NCBI GenBank assembly: GCA_964016885.1
Contig: OZ024745.1
Span: 25,978,001 to 26,042,000, forward strand
Source: Eledone cirrhosa
Lineage: Eukaryota
Length of the DNA stretch: 64,000 bases
Reading direction: 5' to 3'
Shown: positions 53,860 to 64,000 of the stretch, piece after piece
How the letters are laid out: the number at the start of each line of letters is the position of its first letter
Numbering within the stretch: position 1 is the first letter of the stretch
The notes under the pieces: generated by a model
The model's input: only the letters and a program-made list of their open reading frames with translations
What the model was told of the DNA's origin: nothing
The model's database searches: none
Position numbers and translations under genes: made by a program

Positions 53860-56800
53860 TGTCTCTATATACATACATATATGTTATATATATATATCTG
53901 TCTCTCTCTATATATACATGCATATATATATATATACTATACTGCTCTTCTAAAACAGTTTTGGTTTTCGTATATATAAGGTGGTGAATAGGAACTACAA
54001 CGTAAGAAAAACTCTATTATCTACTGTCTAAAGAATTAAACTAAATATTATCTTTATATAAGATGTTTTTGTCTCTATAAAAAGTAGAGTAAAGAAATAG
54101 TTTCAAGTAATGAGGCCACCAGGCAGCGTAAAAAATGTTCTTCCAACCATTTCTAAATGGATGCAAACAAAACAACAAAAGTAAAGACATCGAATTTATA
54201 GAAATTCAAGAATAACACCAACGACAAATAAAAAAAGAGATAAGGTTTGAAGAGATGTTGAGAAATGGAGTTTGGCTTTTTAATTCTGGGCTGGGCGTTT
54301 TTAAGCAAAATGATTGTGAGTGAAAAAGAAATGGATGGTGTTGTTTAAATATATCCACAAGTCAAATAAGGTATGAAGCATAGAAGTTCGGTTATTGTGG
54401 TTGGAATTTAACGATATTCCCAATGTCCATCTTAATACCGTCACTATCATCAGTGGTTTCACTTTCATTTGTATTAACATTGTCACTTTAGAAACCGATA
54501 GCTGACTCAATTGTCACAGACTGCAAATTCCAGTCAAATATTAATTTAAAGTTACGATTTATCCTGATATTTGAAAATAGAAATTGTTTTCCTTATTTGA
54601 TTCTTTGTCTTTTCTGAGTTTTTTACCAAATAAATTGGCCAGCAGCTTATTTTTAAGGTTGAAGAGCTTGTTCATTGGTATATAGAATTTAAATGTATGT
54701 CGACTCTATCCGTCTCCAGGGGTACTGTACTTGATTTTCTCAATTATCATTTATAGTGATAGAAATGTTGTTATAGTCAATTTATTTTGGGAAAACTACA
54801 TGTAAAATTTCAGACAAATGGATGTTCTCATTTTTAGTCATAAAGTCTGCTAAACGACGGCAGTTTGTGGCGCGGATATCATAGGCTATATGACGTTTTC
54901 AAGTACTTTCTATTAATATATTCTTTCAGAACTATGAATATCGGATACCTCTAAACCTGCAACAGGCATTTGAAAAATTTCCTGGTTAGAAAAATAATGA
55001 ATTTAGAATAATTATATAGATGGCTTCTTTTTTTTCTTTGTATCCCGTAACATATTGTCATACGGCGTTTTTAGGGCATTTTTAAAACCTGGCGGAGCCC
55101 ATCTCCTCTCCAGGTCTAATTATAGCACATTTCGTCCAGAGAAGTACTTGACTGGTACTTTTTTTATCGACCATGAAAAGATGAAAGGCAAAGTTGACCT
55201 CAGCGAGATTTGAAATCAGAGAAAAGAGAACCTATACACCGCAAAGCATTCTATTCGACGTTCTAACTGCTCTGCCAATTCGCCGCCTATATAAATGACT
55301 ACAGTATTCTAAAAAAAGAAAGCCCTTTCCTTGTAAAATATAAACTTTACGAATGAACAATTTTATATTTGTTAGCTTTTTTTTGTACATTTTATGAATT
55401 TAAACTGTCTTGTGAATTTCATAGATTGCGACAATTCTGAATGACTCCAAAAAACAGCTGAGGATTGTCAGCATCTTTTTAAAACAATTTACCAAAAATA
55501 TAGCAAATTCATGTGATTGTATTTATTTTAGGTTTTAAAACGTGTCTTTTTTATTTAGTTTTTTCTTGTATTTTAGGTACATCGTACAATTTCTCAGTAT
55601 CTTCCTTAATAAACATTGATTCTATTTTTCTTTCATGTTGTTAGCAATACAAACTTTACATTTCATTAATTCTAGAATTTATCGAAGTCATGTTTATTCC
55701 ATTTACAAAAACTGTGATTATAACGATTATATTTCGAGGCTTATCTAAAAATGTCAACAAAATTCTCGTAAATACAGATATATATATATTCTACAAACTT
55801 CTGCTTGGCTGCTTTACGTAATAGGCTGAATATTCAAATTCAAATTCAAATTTACAAGCAAAGGAATCTAAATGGTCGCAATGAAAGCAAAACAACCGGT
55901 TTCTTAGTTGAAGAAACGTAGTGGGTTCGTGTCATGCCACTGTCACTGAAATGTCTTACAAAAAAGAGTTTATTGAAGTGGAGTACCAAAAAACATGAAT
56001 AAGGTAAATAAGGTTTTTAACTAGCTTTAACCTCAGGAAAGAAAAAGAAATTAAAAGTTTGTTGATTTACGTTTGCTTTCGTCTTTTGTTTCAAAAATAT
56101 TTCAAGATAGCGACCTCAATTGTTTAATCATATATTTGGATAGTTTACATATCAAATACTAGGGCTTCCGGGGCGTTTTGTCTTTAGCTACTTTATTATG
56201 TTTGTATCTATCTTCTTTTCATTTCTTGATAATGATAGCATAGCGTGTTTATTTCACCAGAACATTCTTCTTCGAATTTGATAAGACATTAGTTAAGAAA
56301 GATAGCAATCAAATCGCTGATATGAATTTTATCAAATATCTGAAAAGACAATCAACTAGAAGATAGCAAAAGACCTTTGAATAAATTTAGCTATCGGTAC
56401 AATATATTAAGTCCTTGTCCGGGTATGAGTTCCGTATTTCGTAGATCAGAGTTCAAAAGTCTCTGAAGTAAAATTGTAATATTATTATTATAGATGAAGA
56501 AAAGAGTGCTGGACAACATACTTGCGGCATATACTTACGGTCCTTTACACTTTGAGTTTAAATCCCACCGAGGTTAGCTTTGCCTTTCATCGTTATAGGG
56601 TCCATAAAATAAAGTACCAATAACGCACTGGCACGCGGTGTGTCCTGGACATTTAAAACCTGACAGAGCCCACCTCTCTCCAGATCGAAACGCAACACAT
56701 TTCTTCCAGAGGAAGAATCGACCGCAGCACTGGACTTTATTTATCGACCGCGAAAGGACAAAAGACCAAGTTGACCTTGAAAGATTTTTAACTCAGAGCG

Positions 56801-57901
56801 CACTGAGCCGAAACAAATATCAAGGCGCTTTTAATCCAACGTTCTGACGATTCTGCCAATTTGCTGTCTGGATATTGAAGTAAATGTTAATAATAGCGAA
56901 TTTCGACACCACTTATATTTCAATTGTTTACCGCACAGGACTTCTTTAACTTGTGTTATTTTTATAAACTCTTTATACATTCAAAGCAAGCGTTTAATGT
57001 TTGTATATAGAGAATATATTAAAAGTAGATAGATAATATGGACCTCTTCATTGTAATTTGAGTGAGTAGCATGAATATTAACGGAAGTAATATCCACTTG
57101 AAGAATATTAGGTTGTATTACGATTTTTGAACGTCATATATGACTTACTATCGAATTACAAGTTTAAAATAGATGCTATTACGCCTACACTTATCAAGCC
57201 GTATCAAATGGTGCAGTTTATACTGGCATATATGTTTTCAATTGTCAATGTTTTTCTATGTAAATAATGTAACCTCAAAATTAATTTGCCCTTAACGCTT
57301 CATACCGGAATGATACACATCAATATCAAATGTACTGTTTAGATAATCACCCTAGACTGGTCCTTTATTTTATTAATTCTGAAATATAGCAGGCACTCGA
57401 CACTATTTGAACAATGCAATCTATCGAACACTTTAACACATTTGCCAACCCATCGCCCACGACTGGTTATTTATTTAACAACCCCCAGAAGGATAAAAGG
57501 TAAAGTATACGCCGTCAGGGTTTGAACGCGTAGCAAAGTCTCCGTTTCTGAACATCCCGGTTGTTTCTTAATTTGCTAGAACGAACATGTAAAGCTTCAT
57601 CATATCACAACCAGCCATATTTTCAATGCTTTTTGACACAGGTGTAAAGAACGTTTAGATCAATGTGTTCATGTAATAGTAAGATTAATTATCTACTTCA
57701 TATGTAAATATACTTTAGTTGTTGAAGTGACGTCCGAACGAGTATCCTCCACCACCAACTAACTTGCCTTCCTCCTCTGGAGAATGCATTGCCCAGGAGG
57801 ACGGTGAGGGAGACGTGCTGAAACAGCCACTCCACCTCGCTGCGCTCGCACCTGCGGGCGGCCAACTCCGGCCCATGGAAAAAGAGAACATGCGAAATAA
57901 A

Positions 57902-58107
57902 GGTTTCTTATGTGGGGAAAGTCAATTTTGAGGGGAAAGTCAATTAAATCGACCCAAGTGCGTCACTGGTACTTTATTTTATCGACCCCGTAAGGATGAA
58001 AAGCAAAGTTAACCTCGGCGGGATTTGAACTCAGATCATAAAGGGGCGTAACTCTATGCTGAAAAGCATGGCCTCCGACCCTCTACCGATACTGCCAATC
58101 CACCGCC
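57902..58107 (-). mobile_element. Young SINE insertion with TSD
   Basis: Flanked by catgcgaaataaa at 57889-57901 and 58108-58120. Confidence 0.8.
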
Positions 58108-59526
58108 CATGCGAAATAAATAATGTAATCCCCAATACAATGTATGAAGATAAGTTTGGATAGTAATCGCTGCAATAAATTTGATCATAGGTTTTACTAA
58201 CAAAACAATTTAAGTTTATAGATCTGCCAACCTCTAAAAGCCCAAACGAAGTGTATCATGATAAAATGTGCCCCCAAACTGGGAGAAATGAAGCAAAATG
58301 GGGAGATTTTATAAAATGAAAGCTATACCCATTTTCACAAGAGAAGATATCCCTCACCCACCCTAAAGTGGGTGGGAGATCTCCCCATCGGACGGGTTGG
58401 CAGGTTTGACTTTATGACTTTCTATGATGTTCATCTTCACTTGTGTACTTCATTTGAGGATATGATAATGAATGCTAAATAAGAGGAAATATAGATGTGG
58501 TATTAATGCGAAACTGCTTCTTTCAATATATTCAGTTCGAAGGTCGACTGAAAAGTCCATAGTCTGACTATGAAGGAGTGATGCTAGAGCTGTGAAATCT
58601 TGCATGCATTAATTTCAACTCTTTTTTAAAAATTAATAACTGCATTGTTTCCTTCGAAGGACTATGTTGAAAAGTAAACCTCATTTGATCATTCCATGAG
58701 AGTATCTTGGTCAGCCTATGAAGTTTTCAGCTAATCCTCGCTAATGATTTATTTGCTAAGTTTCCCTGTTGAAAATATCTTCATAAAAGAATTAAATACA
58801 TAAAGTGTAGACACTAACATCAGCAACAACAACAATATTATTTGTCTATAAAATATAACAAATCCTAGTTTGTAAATCACATTGATATTATGCAAGGTTC
58901 ATAGGCTCACTATGAAGGTGTGATGATAGAGCTGTGGAATCTTGCATGCATTAATTTCAACTCTTCTTATTAATAACTACATTGTTTCTTTCTAGGGACT
59001 ATATTGAAAGATAAACCTCATTTGGTCATTCCAAGAGAGTGTCTTGGTCAACGTATGAACTTTTCAGTCTATGAACCATACATCATATGAACTTTTCAGC
59101 CTATGAACCTTTCAGCCTATGAACCTTTCAGCCGTCCCTTGTTTGGTACTGTTGTCAACTTCAGTCAAAAGGCCACCCGACGAAACGGGAAAAAATTGTC
59201 CTCGTTTGTACGATGGGAAGTACCACCTATGTACAATACATATATGGTCAGAACATGGAGTTGATCTTACATGTTTTACCATTTATTTACACCTCTACAA
59301 ATATCAGATACTAAATGATGTCTACAAAGAGAATATAGTATATTTTGGGTATTTATAATTTTATAACATTTCAATTGATGCTAACATGAAATAATTATGA
59401 AATATCAGTACTACACAGGGATTGTGTCTACTTTCACCAACGAGGTTAATTGAATGTTTGAGAAAAGTATAAGCTTATGTGTTGGGCTTCGTGTTGACTA
59501 GTGCTTCACTTAATCAATCGATCAAT

Positions 59527-59585
<59 letters not shown>

Positions 59586-59587
59586 CA

Positions 59588-59663
<76 letters not shown>

Positions 59664-59774
59664 CATACACAAACACATACATATATATATACATATATAT
59701 ATACTTGTACATATATATATTTGTATATATATTCACACGCATAGACACACACACAATATATATATATATATATT

Positions 59775-60007
59775 TATCAAAATAACAGATTAAAGTTTAA
59801 GCAAAGAATCACTGCTTTCACCCTTAACGGGATCTTCTGAAACTAAAAAAGTCAATCTGTGAACGCAGAAGTAAATATTTCAAAAAACGTTGCAACCGAA
59901 TAATCTGTTATTTTAATAAATATTTGCTCTACGGTTCTAATATATTTGATATATATTTATCCTTATCGAGCCCTCTTTGGATTTTAGTCTTCAAATTTAT
60001 TATTATT

Positions 60008-60010
<3 letters not shown>
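59775..60010. mobile_element. Family C microsatellite-flanked element
   Basis: Segments shared with 14890-14990, 50842-50930 and 51008-51058. Internal inverted repeat aaaataacagatta / taatctgttatttt. Confidence 0.55.
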
Positions 60011-60045
<35 letters not shown>

Positions 60046-61704
60046 ATTTCCTATAAAAATAAAAATGAAAAATAATTTCTTTGTAGAGCAGTAACCGAAA
60101 ACCATCTTCAGTTGGAGATCTAGAACGATTATAGGGCTTTGATTGTTAGTGTTGCCGAGTAAAGTGATGCTGAACTGGGGCATTAAGTAGAAAGCAATGA
60201 AAAAGACAAGGAAGTTTGAGTCAAACGGTTTAAACATCATCTCGTTCATTTTGACTTCATCACATAACACTCTTATACCGATCACTACTAAAAAAAAAAA
60301 AAAAAAATTGAAATGGTAACGTAAATATCTATTTATTCTTTGATTTCAGCTTCCAGAGTTTGTTGACACAAGATTTGTAATTACTGTGATTTTTTACAAC
60401 TTTCTCTTTACGTCTCAACTTCTCTAAAACAACAGAGATAGTTTATTTAAAAACAAAAGATGAGCTCTCAATTTTTTTTCTATTGACATAAGTTCTAAAA
60501 AACAGACACGGACAGGAATCATTGGAAAATAATGATGATGGTGGTGGTGATAGTGGTGGTGGTGATGGTGGTGATGGTGGTGGTGATGGTGGTGGTGGTG
60601 CTGGTGGTGGTGATGGTGGTGGTGGTGGTGGTATTAGTGGTGATGATGATGACAACAACAAGAACAAGTTCAACAACAGTCGTAACAATACTAGACTAAA
60701 TATAAATCTTAATCATATGATACCTAACCTTAACGGAACGAAAGGTCCGGAAGTACAGTACGGGACTATTTTCATTATTAGAAATCTATCATCGAGGTTC
60801 TACAATAAAAGAAGAATATATCGTTTCCAAATCCCTTAGGAACAAAACACTCCAAATTGAATAGAATCTCAGACGTTTACATGAAGATCATATTAAAGCT
60901 AAATCTAAAGAGTGCAGAAAGAAATGGGTTAAGTAAAGGGTTAAGAAATGGTATTCAAAATGAGATTTTGAGCCCCCCTTTACCGCAAATCTTCACGAGA
61001 TCATGTGATAAACGATGTCAATTTAAATGTGTTTATTTAATATAAGAAAAGGCTGCGTTAACAAACAGGAAAGATTTCTTGTTTTGCATTTTCTTCCAAT
61101 GATAGTTTACACAGTATGTGTGAGACAATGTAACAGTGATGCTGGAAAGGTAACAACATGTGTATTGCATATGGTGAACATATACTATCAAGAAAGAAGA
61201 AAAACAAAAGGGTTTACTGTCCAGTTGACCAATGAATTAGTTTATTACATTTGTGATAAACTAATTCATTGTTTATCATATTTTCTCCTTACTAAAGCGG
61301 AGAATTGGTAGATTTATTACAGTATTTGTTGTGGCCTGAGTTCAAACCTTAGTGATGTCAACCTAGCTTTTCCTATTAACAGATTTGGTAAATAAAGAGC
61401 CAATCAAATATTTGGGGAGGGGGGGGGGGGGGCGTTTTCCGCACACTACAAGTCTTGGCTGAGAAGTTCATAGGCTGACCAAGATACTCTCATGGAATGA
61501 CCAAATGAGGTTTATCTTTCAATATAGTCCCTAGAAAGAAATAATGCAGTTATCAATAAGAAGAGTTGAAATTAATGCATGCAAGTTTTCACAGCTCTAA
61601 CATAGCCAGTCAATGAACTTTTCAGCCGACCCTTGTACATCGCATTGCGAACGATGTAGAAGATTGTTCCCAGTGCACCCTTTTCCTTTTTCTCCTCTCT
61701 CTCT

Positions 61705-62172
61705 TTCACACACACAGACACATACACACACACACACACATACACACTCGTACACACACACACACACGCACACACGCACACACACATACACACAGGCACA
61801 GGCACAAACACACACACTCACTCACACACACAGACACAGACACACATACTCACTCACACACACGCATACACTCACACACACGCACACACGCACAGGTACA
61901 GACACAAACACACACACTCACTCACACACACGCACACACGCATAGGTACAGACACAAACACACACACTCACTCACACACACAGACACAGACACACATACT
62001 CACTCACACACACGCATACACTCACACACACGCACACACGCACAGGTACAGACACAAACACACACACTCACTCACACACACGCACACACGCATAGGTACA
62101 GACACAAACACACACACTCACTCACACACACGCACACACTCACACACACGCACACACGCATAGGCACAGACA

Positions 62173-62213
<41 letters not shown>

Positions 62214-62313
62214 AGACAGACACAGACAGACACACAGGCAGATACGCAAACACACACACACACACACATAAACACATACACACACACACAGACAGACACA
62301 CACATACATATAT

Positions 62314-62372
<59 letters not shown>
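61705..62372. repeat. (CA)n-derived minisatellite and (TA)n
   Basis: Repeated aggtacagacacaaacacacacactcactcac units. Confidence 0.85.
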
Positions 62373-62375
<3 letters not shown>

Positions 62376-62575
62376 TAACATGTTTAACCCCGACGGCAGA
62401 GCTCAAGCCGTTTCGATGGCTATTTCTGGGCCCAGAGTCCAGAAATAGCCGTCGAAACGGCTTGAGCTCTGCGGTCATGGTTAAATATTTTCCTATAACC
62501 CACTCTACTATCCTAAGTATTGAGTACTCTGGTGCGTTATGGTCCATCTGGTTCCTTACCACATTTCCTTCGTTA
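62373..62575 (+). mobile_element. Family A element
   Basis: Hairpin head containing gtcgaaacggcttgagctctg, plus the family tail. TA flanks. Confidence 0.7.
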
Positions 62576-62880
62576 TATATATATTTCCTCGATTTATATC
62601 GGTGAAGATTGGTAACATCGGCGAAAAACAGCTACTCTTCGAACAAAATCTGTTGTACATGCTCACCGTGGCTGTTCCTTTGGAAACCATTAACCAATGG
62701 CGGTGTTGTTCACGAATTGGGATATAGATTTAATAAATAAACGTATAGCTTGATTCAATTCTAAAACACTATCGTAATGAACGAAATATGTAAATAGACG
62801 TATGCGGTAACGTCAGTACTAACGTTTCTACTAAGTTAGCCTAAGTCAGAAAAATTAACATTGATTTCCTAATAGCAGTG

Positions 62881-62883
<3 letters not shown>

Positions 62884-62931
<48 letters not shown>

Positions 62932-62962
62932 GTCTCTCTCTCTGTTTATCTATCAATTTCTT

Positions 62963-63012
<50 letters not shown>

Positions 63013-63035
63013 CTCTGTTTATCTATCAATTTCTT

Positions 63036-63081
<46 letters not shown>

Positions 63082-63140
63082 GTCAATTTCTTTCTCTTTT
63101 CCCTCTCTCTCTACCCCCCTCTCTCTCTCTCTCTCTATCT

Positions 63141-63194
<54 letters not shown>

Positions 63195-63310
63195 ATCTAT
63201 CAATTTCTTTCTTTTCTCTCTCTCTCCCTCCCCTCTCTCACTCTCTCTCTTTATCTATCTATTTATTTCTCTTTTCTCTCCATGTGTCACTCTCTCTTTT
63301 CTCTCTGTCT
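62884..63310. repeat. (CT)n compound microsatellite
   Basis: Direct reading. Confidence 0.9.
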
Positions 63311-64000
63311 CGTCAGTAAACATATCATCTGACAGCATATGAATTGATCCAAATTTGCTATCATTGATGCTAGATGAGAAATATAAGTATCTTAAGTATT
63401 TAAATATCTAACGTATATGATGACCCATTAAATAGAAAAGTGCAAGAATATACTCCACAGTTTTTCTTATAAAGAATAAAGCCGATACTGAAAATAGAAC
63501 AACATTGCATGCAGGGAAAATTTATTAACAAAAACAAAAGAGAAAAACAAAAGTGGGTTCTATCCAGTTGACTAAGCAGTTAATTAAATCGGCCATCCTA
63601 CAACAAACATATTAACGACAGTTTTGGAGTGTTTATTTTGATATTTATATTTGGCTTTGCAATCTAGGAATTTCAATAACTCAACGAGATGAATGTCATC
63701 ATTCGGAAACTTCAATGTTGCAGGAAACTTCATCCTCAACTGATATGTTTCCTGTATAATGTTATTGTATAAGATCCGGATTGAAATAATGAAGTTCTAC
63801 CTACAACAGAGAAAGAAGGTCACTGATTATTTTTCTGAATTTAACAATCATGAATTAAATAACATTGTTACGAGAATAATAAATGAACTTCCAAAATAAA
63901 CAAAGCGAACACTGACCTTTCTCCAAAGGAACGCCGGAAAATCCTATATAAGACAACAGAATAATAATAAAAAATAGACCAGTTGTTACTGTTTCGACTC

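Noticed and set aside
60522-60839. Gly-rich 105-aa ORF
   Set aside because: Derived from a (GGT)n/(GAT)n/(AAC)n microsatellite.

Overview
AT-rich, repeat-saturated animal genomic DNA. The SINE families and (TA)n/(CA)n density suggest an octopus/cephalopod; this is my inference from recognition, not a search. There is almost no host-gene content: one spliced 126-bp exon resembling Pescadillo (PES1, start of the BRCT domain) at 13957-14082 (-). Recognisable mobile elements are a Sola-type DNA transposon with TIRs and a 4-bp TSD, a full-length but decayed Tx1/L1-clade LINE with a 15-bp TSD, RTE and CRE-like fragments, tRNA-derived SINEs and several MITE families. There are also a 2.1-kb (CCA)n tract and a 4.7-kb 16-bp satellite. 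The most striking signal is not in the ORF track. Many short modules sitting between (TA)n runs are Penelope-like element (PLE) ends or non-coding derivatives that carry type I hammerhead ribozymes (CUGANGA...GAAA...UH with paired stems). I folded about nine well-formed copies by eye, plus degenerate and half copies, in several unrelated sequence families. Most share an inverted-arm + tail + (TA)n architecture, and two copies start exactly at the predicted self-cleavage site. Most long ORFs in the track are microsatellite or satellite artefacts. All folds and coordinates were worked out by hand and need computational confirmation.
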